DNA of 64,000 nt from a virus (IMGVR_UViG_3300012665_000925:32001-96000), one strand, 5' to 3'; shown: positions 47,760 through 56,284, counted from the first letter of the stretch. Notes: generated by a model from the sequence alone, not told the origin. A program made the numbers and translations.

Positions 47760-49793
47760 ATGTTCTCATTTAAATTGAATGAAGAGTTCGTAGCGGAGTA
47801 CAAGTCCAAGGAATCCCCTTTTGGTTACAAAGATGCCGCTGGCAACTCTGTAGGCGAAATTACATTTCTACGCACGTACTCACGCAAAAAAGAAGATGGC
47901 ACTAAAGAAACCTGGTCAGAAGTTTGTGAGCGTGTAACTAACGGTACATACTCAATCCAGAAAGACCACGCAAAGCAGAACCGCTTGCCATGGTCAGACG
48001 CTAAGGCTGCTGCCTCGGCAAAGGAGTTCTTTGACTCCCTATTCCACCTCAAGTGGTCTCCTCCAGGTCGTGGACTCTGGGTCATGGGAACTAACATTGT
48101 AAACATCCAGAAGAACTCGGCTGCTCTGCAGAACTGTGCTTTTGTATCTACTTTGGAAATGACCAAGCAGAACCCAGGTAAGCCATTCGCATTCCTCATG
48201 GAAGCATCGATGCTCGGTGTGGGTGTTGGCTTTGACGACAAGGGTGCTGACAAGAACTTTGAAATCTATGAGCCAGGTCAGCCTCAGGAATACGTAATTC
48301 CAGACACCCGTGAGGGTTGGATGGAGTCGACTGTCGCACTTATCAACTCATTCTTGAAGCCAGAGCAGCCAAGCTGGGACTTTAACTACGACCAGATTCG
48401 CCCATACGGTGCACCTATTGCAACCTTTGGTGGAACTGCTTCAGGTCCAGACCCACTTATCGCTCTTCACAACAAGATTCGTGACTTGCTCATGGGTCGC
48501 AAAGGTGAGCTACTGACTACTGTCGACATTGCTGACATCGGTAACCTAATCGGTCGCTGTGTTGTATCAGGTAACGTTCGTCGTTCGGCTGAGCTTTTGA
48601 TTGGTCGAATTGACGACGACAACTTCTTAAACCTTAAGAATGTCGAGCAGTTCCCTGAGCGTAACTCATACGATGCTGAAGCCCCTGGTTGGGGTTGGAT
48701 GTCAAACAACTCAGTCATGGTAAACGTTGGAACTGACTTCTCAAAGATTATCGATGGAATCATCCGCAACGGTGAGCCTGGCGTTATCTGGGAAGACATC
48801 TCTAAGGCTTATGGCCGTCTAGGTGACCCAATCAACAACAAGGACCACCGCATCATGGGCTACAACCCTTGTGCAGAGCAGTCGCTTGAGAGCTACGAAA
48901 TGTGTACTCTTGTTGAGACTTACCTAAACCGTCACGACTCGTTGGAAGACTACAAGCGTACTTTGAAGTTCGCTTACCTCTATGCCAAGACCGTAACCCT
49001 ACTTCCTACTCACTGGGAAGAGACCAACGCCATCATGCAGCGTAACCGTCGTATCGGAACTTCAATGTCTGGTATTGCTAACTTCGCTGACAACAAGGGC
49101 ATCCCAGCTCTTCGTACATGGATGGACGAAGGCTACTCAGTTGTAAAGCGTTACGACACTGTCTACTCTGAGTGGTTGGGTATCCGTGAGTCAATCAAGA
49201 CCACGACCGTTAAGCCATCGGGTACTGTGTCTATTCTTGCTGGTGAGTCTCCAGGTGTTCACTGGACTCCAGGTGGCGAATACTTCATGCGTGCAATCCG
49301 CTTCGGAAACAACGACCCAATGTTGCCACTATTCAAGATGGCTAACTACACGATTGAGCCAGCCTCTGAATCACCAGAGACTACTTCAGTAGTGTTCTTC
49401 CCAATCAAGTCAGGGGCTAAGCGTGCAGAACGCGACGTCACTATCTTTGAGAAGATGGCGCTCGCGGCAACTGCTCAGCGTTACTGGTCAGACAACTCTG
49501 TATCGGTGACTATCTCGTTTGACCCTGAGACAGAAGCCAAGCACGTTGAGTCTGTACTTCACATGTATGACGGTCAGCTAAAAACTGTATCGTTCTTGCC
49601 GTCTGGTAACTTTACCTATCCTCAGATGCCGTACACCCAGATTACTAAGGAAGAGTTCGAGGACGCAGCTGGTAAGTTGTTCCCTATCTCATTCGATGGT
49701 GTCTACCAGGGTCTTGGTGTCGAGGCTATCGGTGAGGCATACTGCACCACAGACGCCTGTGAAATCAAGTTGATTGTGGAGAACCAGAAATAA
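47760..49793 (+). CDS. nrdJ: class II adenosylcobalamin-dependent ribonucleotide reductase
   Basis: PPGRGLW, ALQNC, GNVRRSA, NPCAEQ, VKPSGT, C-terminal CTTDAC. No NrdB/NrdF gene nearby. Confidence 0.92.
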   Translation: MFSFKLNEEFVAEYKSKESPFGYKDAAGNSVGEITFLRTYSRKKEDGTKETWSEVCERVTNGTYSIQKDHAKQNRLPWSDAKAAASAKEFFDSLFHLKWSPPGRGLWVMGTNIVNIQKNSAALQNCAFVSTLEMTKQNPGKPFAFLMEASMLGVGVGFDDKGADKNFEIYEPGQPQEYVIPDTREGWMESTVALINSFLKPEQPSWDFNYDQIRPYGAPIATFGGTASGPDPLIALHNKIRDLLMGRKGELLTTVDIADIGNLIGRCVVSGNVRRSAELLIGRIDDDNFLNLKNVEQFPERNSYDAEAPGWGWMSNNSVMVNVGTDFSKIIDGIIRNGEPGVIWEDISKAYGRLGDPINNKDHRIMGYNPCAEQSLESYEMCTLVETYLNRHDSLEDYKRTLKFAYLYAKTVTLLPTHWEETNAIMQRNRRIGTSMSGIANFADNKGIPALRTWMDEGYSVVKRYDTVYSEWLGIRESIKTTTVKPSGTVSILAGESPGVHWTPGGEYFMRAIRFGNNDPMLPLFKMANYTIEPASESPETTSVVFFPIKSGAKRAERDVTIFEKMALAATAQRYWSDNSVSVTISFDPETEAKHVESVLHMYDGQLKTVSFLPSGNFTYPQMPYTQITKEEFEDAAGKLFPISFDGVYQGLGVEAIGEAYCTTDACEIKLIVENQK

Positions 49794-50369
49794 TTGGTAG
49801 TAATCAGTAGCGTCTACACAAAGACTGGCGACCAAGGAACTACTTCTCTCGGAGACGGGAGTCGTACTTCTAAGAACGATGCCAGACTTGAAGCGTTCTC
49901 AACTGTAGATGAGGCCAACTCCAGCATTGGAGTTGCCTTGTCTATGGACATTGATGCTGATGTGAAGGAGGTCCTGCTCCGCATTCAAAACGACATGTTT
50001 GATGTTGGGGCAGACCTCTGCACACCAGTTATTGATGACCCTAAGTATCCACCGCTAAGAGTTACGGAAGAGCAGGTTACTCGACTAGAGAACCTAATCG
50101 ACCAATACAATGAGCCTCTAAGCACTCTTAGAACTTTTGTGCTCCCTAGCGGAACTCCGTTGGCGGCTCAGCTTCATGTAGCCAGAACCGTGGTTCGCAG
50201 AGCAGAACGTCAGACTTGGAACGCTATCCATGCGTTTGGTGAGGGTGTCAACATCACTACTGCCAAGTATCTCAACCGTTTGTCTGACTTACTATTCGTA
50301 CTATCCCGTCACGCTAACCGCGAGATTGGCGATGTGCTTTGGGTTCCAGGTGCTAACCGTGAAAAATAA
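49794..50369 (+). CDS. pduO: cob(I)alamin adenosyltransferase, PduO type
   Basis: VYTKTGDQGTT, VDEANS, FVLP, RTVVRRAER, YLNRLSDLLF. TTG start directly after the nrdJ stop. Confidence 0.92.
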   Translation: MVVISSVYTKTGDQGTTSLGDGSRTSKNDARLEAFSTVDEANSSIGVALSMDIDADVKEVLLRIQNDMFDVGADLCTPVIDDPKYPPLRVTEEQVTRLENLIDQYNEPLSTLRTFVLPSGTPLAAQLHVARTVVRRAERQTWNAIHAFGEGVNITTAKYLNRLSDLLFVLSRHANREIGDVLWVPGANREK

Positions 50370-50838
50370 AAATCTAAGTATCTTAATCACCGCTGGGCTA
50401 GTTCTTGGTGGTGTCGGATTTGTTGTTGCTACTCAGCCTGACAAGGAGTGCGTGAATGTCTATGTTGACTATGGGGTCTTAGACTCTAATGCAAAGTCGA
50501 CTAAGTGCATTTCTGTAAGTGGAGAAGCTAATGGTCTAGAAGTTCTAACTAAAGCTGGTCTCTCAGTTGAGGGTACTGGTAAGTATGGGCTGCAGATTGT
50601 ATGCCGTGTGAACTCTCTACCTAGTGCAACTAGACCAATCGGTATCAAAGACCACGAAGACTACGTTGAAACCTGTGCTGAGATGCCAGCAGCATTCGCC
50701 TACTGGGCAGTGATTGTCAAGAAGGGTGCTCTACCTTGGGGTTGGGCAGATACTGGAATTGACAAGGTAACACTCAAGGCTGGCGACTCTGTCGGTCTTG
50801 TGTTTGCTGACAACGAGAATGTGAAGTTCCCAGAATGA
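50359..50838 (+). CDS. membrane-anchored DUF4430/transcobalamin-C-terminal-like protein
   Basis: GTG start, N-terminal hydrophobic anchor. GLEVL..AGL.VEGT..YG..IVCRVN..P...C..MP...AYW...W.W...G......GDSVGLVF. Confidence 0.55.
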   Translation: MKNKNLSILITAGLVLGGVGFVVATQPDKECVNVYVDYGVLDSNAKSTKCISVSGEANGLEVLTKAGLSVEGTGKYGLQIVCRVNSLPSATRPIGIKDHEDYVETCAEMPAAFAYWAVIVKKGALPWGWADTGIDKVTLKAGDSVGLVFADNENVKFPE

Positions 50839-51017
50839 TTGCCGTTAAGAATCAAGATGAAAAACAAATTTTTGATGAGCTAGTTAAACGCAACTTCAAA
50901 ACAACTAATCAAAAGTCAGCATCTCGAATCGCTATTGAAGTTGGAATCCAACTAACAGCTTTTTGGGCACTAACCAACCTAGCCATTTATGTATGGCGTC
51001 TATGCACAGGCTGCTAA
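50835..51017 (+). CDS. small membrane protein
   Basis: 60 aa with a C-terminal TM segment. Confidence 0.55.
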   Translation: MIAVKNQDEKQIFDELVKRNFKTTNQKSASRIAIEVGIQLTAFWALTNLAIYVWRLCTGC

Positions 51018-51033
51018 AGAAAGAAGAATAAGA

Positions 51034-51264
51034 ATGAGCGTAATCGTTTACAGTAACCCAAACTGCGTCCAGTGTGAGCAGACCAAACGTTTCTTGACTG
51101 TCAAGGGCGTTGAGTTCGAAGCCAAGATGATTCAGGACAGTCCAGAGGTCTTTGCCCTCATCGAGGCGAAGGGCTACTCGTCAGCTCCCGTGGTTGTGGT
51201 CGGCGAAGACAGCTGGTCTGGATTCCGTCTAGACAAGCTAAACACACTGGTCCACCAGGACTAG
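51034..51264 (+). CDS. nrdH: NrdH-like glutaredoxin
   Basis: CVQC, APVV, WSGFR. Confidence 0.9.
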   Translation: MSVIVYSNPNCVQCEQTKRFLTVKGVEFEAKMIQDSPEVFALIEAKGYSSAPVVVVGEDSWSGFRLDKLNTLVHQD

Positions 51265-51274
51265 CAAATACTAG

Positions 51275-51304
51275 AAGCCCCTCCTTCGGGAGGGGTTTTC
51301 TTTT
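51275..51304 (+). terminator. intrinsic terminator ending the nrdJ operon
   Basis: CCCCTCC-TTCG-GGAGGGG-TTTTCTTTT. Confidence 0.85.
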
Positions 51305-51322
51305 ATGCGGTAGAATTGTTGC

Positions 51323-51517
51323 ATGGCTACTACATACGAATACAAATGCTCGGAAAACCCAGAGCATAAATACCTCGAATACCGAAGTATGCACGAGGAC
51401 CAGAAGCAGCTGACTTGCGTTGAAGAGGGTTGCGACGGTAAACTATTGAGAGTGTTCTACGCACCGAAGATTAACTTCAAAGGCGGAGGATTCGGAACCA
51501 ATAAAGACTGGGTATAG
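51323..51517 (+). CDS. FmdB family zinc-ribbon protein
   Basis: TYEYKC...C...C...FKGGGF. Leaderless promoter. Confidence 0.8.
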   Translation: MATTYEYKCSENPEHKYLEYRSMHEDQKQLTCVEEGCDGKLLRVFYAPKINFKGGGFGTNKDWV

Positions 51518-51543
51518 CCCACTAAATAGATAGAGACGTAACG

Positions 51544-51852
51544 ATGGATTTCTACCACGATGCACCAGATTTCCTCGAAAATGCAGATGCCCCCTGCGCG
51601 GAGACCTTCCCTGACATGTTCTTCGCTGACGAACCTAAACCAGGGGTTCTTTCATACCGCTCAACCTATGAGTTTGAAAACGAAGCAAAAAAGGTTTGTG
51701 CTGAGTGCCCTTACCGACTAGCCTGCCTAAAGTACGCTATGGACCATCAAGAAATCCAGGGCATCTGGGGCGGACTTACTGAAAAAGACCGAACCGCTGT
51801 CCGCCGTGGTACCCGCGGAATCAATATTACCTACCGCAATAGAAGTCGCTAA
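51544..51852 (+). CDS. whiB: WhiB family transcription factor
   Basis: C...PDMFF...AKKVCAECPYRLAC...GIWGG...R. Confidence 0.88.
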   Translation: MDFYHDAPDFLENADAPCAETFPDMFFADEPKPGVLSYRSTYEFENEAKKVCAECPYRLACLKYAMDHQEIQGIWGGLTEKDRTAVRRGTRGINITYRNRSR

Positions 51853-51921
51853 ACTGCGGTAAAATAGAAGTAGCTCTTGGGAGAGAGGGTTTAAACACCT
51901 ACTCACTCTTAGGGAGATTAT

Positions 51922-52182
51922 ATGGAAATCGCAAAAAAGATATTCAAGCGTACAATCGCTTTGGTTATCCTCAAGGTCAGCGGTGTTCTAGCCGCTGGTT
52001 CAATTGCTGGAGTCGAACTCTGGCAGTCAGCCCTTGTTGCCGCATTCGTTGGTGTCATGGAAGTCGCTGAGTCTCTAGCACGTGCTTACGTTGTAGATGG
52101 CGTTCTAGACAACGATGAAATCGACATTGCATTCGCTTCTTCAGCTGAGGCTGAAGTTGCTCGTAGCAAAAAACTCAACTAA
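51922..52182 (+). CDS. two-TM membrane protein (holin-like)
   Basis: Two hydrophobic segments and DGVLDNDEID. Confidence 0.6.
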   Translation: MEIAKKIFKRTIALVILKVSGVLAAGSIAGVELWQSALVAAFVGVMEVAESLARAYVVDGVLDNDEIDIAFASSAEAEVARSKKLN

Positions 52183-52193
52183 CTAAATACCAT

Positions 52194-52223
52194 CAAGTCC
52201 CTCAGAGAAATCTGGGGGATTTG
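52194..52223 (+). terminator. hairpin terminator
   Basis: CAAGTCCCTCAGA-GAAA-TCTGGGGGATTTG. Confidence 0.65.
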
Positions 52224-52281
52224 TTGCGTTAGGGGGTCTTTAGTGCTAGCCTTTACCTACTACTACAAACATTGGAGAGAC

Positions 52282-52518
52282 ATGGATTTTGAAGAATGGC
52301 TAAAGTTTGGATTCGACCAGGGTTGGTGCGGTCCAGCAGTTTGCGAGACTCACGATGGTCTCCCACTAAGTGAAGCTGAAGCTGAAGAGTTTGAAGAGAG
52401 CGACCCTTGTATCAACATTGTTCGCCTCTATGAAGATGCTGAAGTTAAGCAAGCAGTTGAAGAAAGCCACGGCCCTTCTGTTTGGCGTGCATCTAATCGA
52501 GGCTACGAAGTAGAGTAA
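52282..52518 (+). CDS. hypothetical protein
   Basis: MDFEEW...GWCGPAVCETHDG...DPC. RBS GGAGAG. Confidence 0.65.
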   Translation: MDFEEWLKFGFDQGWCGPAVCETHDGLPLSEAEAEEFEESDPCINIVRLYEDAEVKQAVEESHGPSVWRASNRGYEVE

Positions 52519-52542
52519 TCCCACTTGGTCTAGAATTACAGC

Positions 52543-53292
52543 ATGACTTATAAGTTAGTTGCTTTTGACCTAGACGGAACTCTTGCGGAGAGTAAGTCCC
52601 CTATTTCTGATGAGATGGCCGAGACACTAGAAAAACTACTTACCATTGCTCAGGTTTGCGTCATCACTGGCGGTGGTGAGAATCAACTACGCTCTCAGGT
52701 GGCAGATAGGCTGACTACATCTAAAGGTTTACACCTGATGCCAACATGCGGTACTAGATATTTGGTGCGTAATAAGCGTCATTGGGCTGTCCAATACTCT
52801 GAGGATATCTCTACTATCGACTCCCGTAGAATCGCTAGGATTGTTCAAGAGTGTGCTGAGGATTTAGACATCTGGGAGAAAAGACCCTACGGAGATATTA
52901 TCGAGCGTAGAGGTTCGCAGGTTACCTTTTCTGCCCTGGGACAAGAAGCTCCTCTTGATGAGAAGTTAGCCTGGGACCCCGACGGGTCTAAGAAGATTGC
53001 CCTACGAGATGCGGTGGCAGAAAAACTGCCTAGCTTTGAAGTTCGATGCGGCGGTACAACTAGCATCGACATTACCCGCAGCGGAGTGGATAAAGCCTAT
53101 GGCATTCGCAAACTAAGTATGGTTACTGGTATCTCTACTGGTGAAATGCTTTTCATCGGTGATAGACTTGACTCCAATGGCAACGACTATCCAGTGATTT
53201 TTACTGGGGCTACTTGCATTGAAGTATCAGGACCAGAGGAAACTCTGGGTGTAATTAAAGACCTAATCAATAACGTTCTTAAGGAGAACTAA
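52543..53292 (+). CDS. HAD-IIB hydrolase, eukaryotic-type phosphomannomutase-like
   Basis: FDLDGTL, ITGG, ERRGSQVTFSALG, GGTTSIDI, GDRL..NGNDY. Confidence 0.8.
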   Translation: MTYKLVAFDLDGTLAESKSPISDEMAETLEKLLTIAQVCVITGGGENQLRSQVADRLTTSKGLHLMPTCGTRYLVRNKRHWAVQYSEDISTIDSRRIARIVQECAEDLDIWEKRPYGDIIERRGSQVTFSALGQEAPLDEKLAWDPDGSKKIALRDAVAEKLPSFEVRCGGTTSIDITRSGVDKAYGIRKLSMVTGISTGEMLFIGDRLDSNGNDYPVIFTGATCIEVSGPEETLGVIKDLINNVLKEN

Positions 53293-53426
53293 TGGCAAAA
53301 GGTAAAGGTGGCGGTGGACAGACTCCGCAGAAAACAACGACTGACCGTAAGAACGGTAAGGCTGAGAAGAAGCGTCCAAAGTTTTTCGATGCAATCAAGC
53401 GTCGTCTAGTAACAAAAAAGAACTAA
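53292..53426 (+). CDS. small, very basic protein (44 aa)
   Basis: MAKGKGGGGQTPQKTTTDRKNGKAEKKRPKFFDAIKRRLVTKKN, read manually. RBS AAGGAG. Confidence 0.65.
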   Translation: MAKGKGGGGQTPQKTTTDRKNGKAEKKRPKFFDAIKRRLVTKKN

Positions 53427-53463
53427 TCAGGTATACTGATAGTACAACTAAATAGTGCAACAT

Positions 53464-53765
53464 GGGGATGCCTGGTTTCGACTGGCAGACTTTAACATGG
53501 TGAAGCAAGCAGAAACGGCCACGCATTCTTAAAGTGTGGTAAAGAAATAAATGCTGAATCTCGTTCAACATTCGCTCTAGCCGCGTAATCTTAGGATTCG
53601 CCGTTAGGCCCCTGACAAAGCAGTAGTTCTAGCTGGGCAGTCAGGTTTTAAATAAGTAGAACACGCAATGCCCGCAATACCCGTAGTACCGTGGCTGGTA
53701 GAGCCTAAGCTTGTAGAAGAACATCTAAACCTGTTAGGACGGGGGTTCGATTCCCCCCATCTCCA
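53464..53765 (+). ncRNA. ssrA: tmRNA
   Basis: 5' GGGGATG...GGTTTCGAC. Tag ORF 53553-53588 AESRSTFALAA* after ATAAAT. 3' GGACGGGGGTTCGATTCCCCCCATCTCCA with G3.U pair. TATACT -10 at 53432. Confidence 0.95.
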
Positions 53766-53775
53766 CGGATTTGGT

Positions 53776-53804
53776 TTGACATCGCGGAGAGGCTTTGTTA
53801 GACT
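53776..53804 (+). promoter_or_regulatory. sigma-A-type promoter
   Basis: TTGACA-N17-TAGACT. Confidence 0.75.
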
Positions 53805-53810
53805 AATCTA

Positions 53811-54068
53811 CTGACTAGTGGCAGCAGCAGAAGCTGACCCTTAGTGAAATAGACGCAAGACCGAAGTACGAGAACCCGAACCTGAAGCTCATTGCGAGCG
53901 GACGCAGACGAAGTACCGAGAAGTGAGCCGAAAGACTAGCATTGGAATCAGGAGTCGCGCCCTGGACCTAGTTACTATGAGAAATGATGGTTGGCTACTA
54001 ACCCGCACGGCGATAAGTAGTAGATAAAAACCTGCACCTCTGTTCGTAAGTTCATGTGCAGGTTCTCA
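53811..54068 (+). ncRNA. candidate structured ncRNA of unknown family
   Basis: Own promoter, no credible ORF, several stems and an imperfect 22-23 nt direct repeat. Confidence 0.55.
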
Positions 54069-54069
54069 T

Positions 54070-54141
54070 TGACCGCTAGCTCAACGGCAGAGCGTCTCCC
54101 TGTTAAGGAGGTGGTTCCTGGTTCGAATCCAGGGCGGTCAG
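54070..54141 (+). tRNA. tRNA-Asn(GTT)
   Basis: TGACCGC/GCGGTCA acceptor stem, anticodon loop CTGTTAA, GGTTCGAATCC. CCA not encoded. Confidence 0.92.
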
Positions 54142-54155
54142 CAATAAGGAGAGAT

Positions 54156-54497
54156 ATGCCTGTACCTAAGAAGATATTGATAGGAACCCAGTCCTGGGAG
54201 ATTATCGAGCGTTCTCGTAAAGTGGATGCTTCTCTCAATGAAGACGACTATGGCTACACTCTGAGCAAAGAGAATCGCATTGTCATTGACGCTGACATTA
54301 CTGATAGTCGCAAGCGTCAAACCCTGTTCCATGAAATCATGCACGCTGTCCGCTTTACGCTGGGCGGATACCCTACCCCTAAGAAGACTGACGATGTTGA
54401 TGTCTGGGAGCACTACTTCATCGGGATGTATGAAGAGGGTCTACTTTTGACCCTGCAAACCAACCCAGAACTTCTTGAGTTTTTATTAGAGAAATAG
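54156..54497 (+). CDS. HExxH zinc metallopeptidase-like protein
   Basis: TLFHEIMHA. RBS AAGGAG. Confidence 0.7.
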   Translation: MPVPKKILIGTQSWEIIERSRKVDASLNEDDYGYTLSKENRIVIDADITDSRKRQTLFHEIMHAVRFTLGGYPTPKKTDDVDVWEHYFIGMYEEGLLLTLQTNPELLEFLLEK

Positions 54498-54499
54498 AC

Positions 54500-54528
54500 T
54501 TGACATCCTAGGGGTATTGCTGTAACGT
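54500..54528 (+). promoter_or_regulatory. sigma-A-type promoter
   Basis: TTGACA-N17-TAACGT. Confidence 0.6.
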
Positions 54529-54555
54529 GGGTCTTACCAATAGTAAGGAGCCAAA

Positions 54556-54780
54556 ATGGCAGCGTATCGCAAAGAGCTACAAGAACTCATAAAGACTGCT
54601 GAGAAGCAGGGCTGGGTAGTATCAGCCAACAAGAACAACCACTACAAGTGGACTTCGCCAGGCGGAGCGTTCTTCTTCTCTGCAAGCACCCCCTCTGACT
54701 GGAGGGCTCTCAAGTACATCGTCCAGTACCTACGCAAGTATGGTTTTGAAGAGACTAATGGAAAGAAGAAGACCAAATGA
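54556..54780 (+). CDS. HicA-like protein
   Basis: LIKTAEKQGW.V...NNHYKW..P.G...STPSD.RA......LRKYGF. Confidence 0.65.
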   Translation: MAAYRKELQELIKTAEKQGWVVSANKNNHYKWTSPGGAFFFSASTPSDWRALKYIVQYLRKYGFEETNGKKKTK

Positions 54781-54944
54781 GAAAAACCCTAATCAATGCC
54801 CTGTTATGGGCGATTTGCCTAGCACTACTTTTGGTAGGCATCACTAGTGCTAATGGTGGGGTAGAACCTAAGCAGAACTGCTGGGACCAACACCAGACTG
54901 AAGAAGAAGCAATCCTGAACTGCGAGAACCACGATGGCAACTGA
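54777..54944 (+). CDS. small secreted/membrane protein (55 aa)
   Basis: MRKTLINALLWAICLALLLVG...CWDQHQTEEEAILNCE, read manually. Confidence 0.55.
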   Translation: MRKTLINALLWAICLALLLVGITSANGGVEPKQNCWDQHQTEEEAILNCENHDGN

Positions 54945-55077
54945 GGAAATCATCCTTAGAGTCTTCTTGACCTATCTAGCAATCTTCGGCATCTTCAATC
55001 TAGGTGGGTACATGTACCTCAGGCTATTCGTAGCCAAGAAGCAGAAAACCCCTGTAACTAGGCGTACTAGAGCCTGA
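54934..55077 (+). CDS. small membrane protein (47 aa)
   Basis: MATEEIILRVFLTYLAIFGIFNLGG..., read manually. Confidence 0.45.
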   Translation: MATEEIILRVFLTYLAIFGIFNLGGYMYLRLFVAKKQKTPVTRRTRA

Positions 55078-55170
55078 CGGCGTATAACTTTAAACTTAAA
55101 GGTATACAGGAGATTGTCCATTATGTTATGTACGAACTTAGTACCTTAGACCTATGCTAGGCTTTATATC

Positions 55171-55278
55171 GTGAAGAAGAAACCAGGATACCCGTGCATT
55201 AAGCACAGGATTAGATTTAGGGGCAGCTACTGCCCTAAGTGCTACAAAGAACGAAGGGACGCAGAGCGTTATGCGTAG
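55171..55278 (+). CDS. small basic Zn-finger-like peptide (35 aa)
   Basis: MKKKPGYPCIKHRIRFRGSYCPKCYKERR. TAGGCT 7 nt before GTG. Confidence 0.4.
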   Translation: MKKKPGYPCIKHRIRFRGSYCPKCYKERRDAERYA

Positions 55279-55711
55279 GAGAGTTGTTCTTGTGACTGGT
55301 GGGTTTGACCCGCTGCACAGAGGTCATATTGCTTACTTCAAAGCCGCCCGTGAGTTGGGCGACGCCCTTATTGTTGGAGTGAACTCCGATGAGTGGTTAG
55401 ACCGCAAAAAGGGTAAACGGTTCATGGACCTAGAAGACAGACTCGCTATCGTCGACGCCCTTAAGTCTGTAGATGGTGTAATCACTTTTGATGATGCTGA
55501 CAACACTGCCATCGAGGCGATTAAGACTTGTCTAGCGGACTTCCCTGATGCTGTGATTATCTTTGCAAATGGTGGAGACAGAACACTTGACAATATCCCC
55601 GAGATGGTGGTAGAGTCAGAAAGACTTCACTTCGTCTTTGGCGTAGGTGGAGAAGACAAGAAGAACAGCTCTAGCTGGATTCTTAACCGATATAAGGAGA
55701 ACAATGGGTGA
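55271..55711 (+). CDS. second cytidylyltransferase-like (HxGH) protein
   Basis: GGFDPLHRGH, FANGGDR, KKNSSSW. Confidence 0.85.
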   Translation: MRRRVVLVTGGFDPLHRGHIAYFKAARELGDALIVGVNSDEWLDRKKGKRFMDLEDRLAIVDALKSVDGVITFDDADNTAIEAIKTCLADFPDAVIIFANGGDRTLDNIPEMVVESERLHFVFGVGGEDKKNSSSWILNRYKENNG

Positions 55712-56003
55712 TGGATGGACATGTCCAATCTGTAGTTGGGCAACGCGACAAGGCGGAAACGAGAACTGGTACAACTGGTCTGACGACTGCGAGGCGCACC
55801 TAAAGAGATGCAAGGAAAAAGAAGCCAATGGCTCTGAGCAGTGAGTGCGAAACTCATGGGTGGTTTTGGGACCCTGCTGATGATATGGGTTGCCCTGTGT
55901 GCCACGGTATTGAACTTGAGCACAAACGGTGCGTTGAGGTACTAGAATCATCTGATAGCGCATGTGCTGACTGGGCTATAGCAACTATCGAAAGAGACTA
56001 GTA

Positions 56004-56192
56004 ATGAATGAACCAAACGCCAAAGCATTCGTAGTCGGATTTGAAGCTGGTGAGGCTGCAATGCTTGACCGAGCTATCAAAGTACTAGGTAGCGTCTCTT
56101 GGGTTAGCATTGCCAAGACTGACGATGAATCTAGGATGGTCAGCACGACAGACCTGATTGCTCTTTTAAAGGAAGAACTCGGCGGAGTCTGA
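56004..56192 (+). CDS. hypothetical protein
   Basis: 62 aa ORF in the co-oriented cluster. Confidence 0.5.
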   Translation: MNEPNAKAFVVGFEAGEAAMLDRAIKVLGSVSWVSIAKTDDESRMVSTTDLIALLKEELGGV

Positions 56193-56211
56193 TAAACTAA
56201 ACTAGAAATAC

Positions 56212-56284
56212 GCCCCCTTAGCTCAGTTGGTAGAGCGCGATACTTGTAATATCGATGTCATCAGTTCGATTCTGGTAGGGGGCT
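56212..56284 (+). tRNA. tRNA-Thr(TGT)
   Basis: GCCCCCT/AGGGGGC acceptor stem, AGCTCAGTTGGTAGAGC, loop CTTGTAA, GTTCGATT. Confidence 0.93.

Noticed and set aside
53852-53922. Possible mini-CRISPR array
   Set aside because: Only two imperfect, non-palindromic copies with indels. The Cas4-like gene is a standard phage exonuclease in a Sak4/SSB context.
53882-53934. Possible hammerhead ribozyme (CTGAAG...stem...CGAAA)
   Set aside because: Lacks the CUGANGA core (no A9) and has no convincing stems I and III.
53975-54238. ORF-track entries overlapping tRNA-Asn (also 56316-56498 over tRNA-Ser, and the 54054 start)
   Set aside because: They overlap clear tRNA genes. The peptidase more plausibly starts at 54156 with an RBS.
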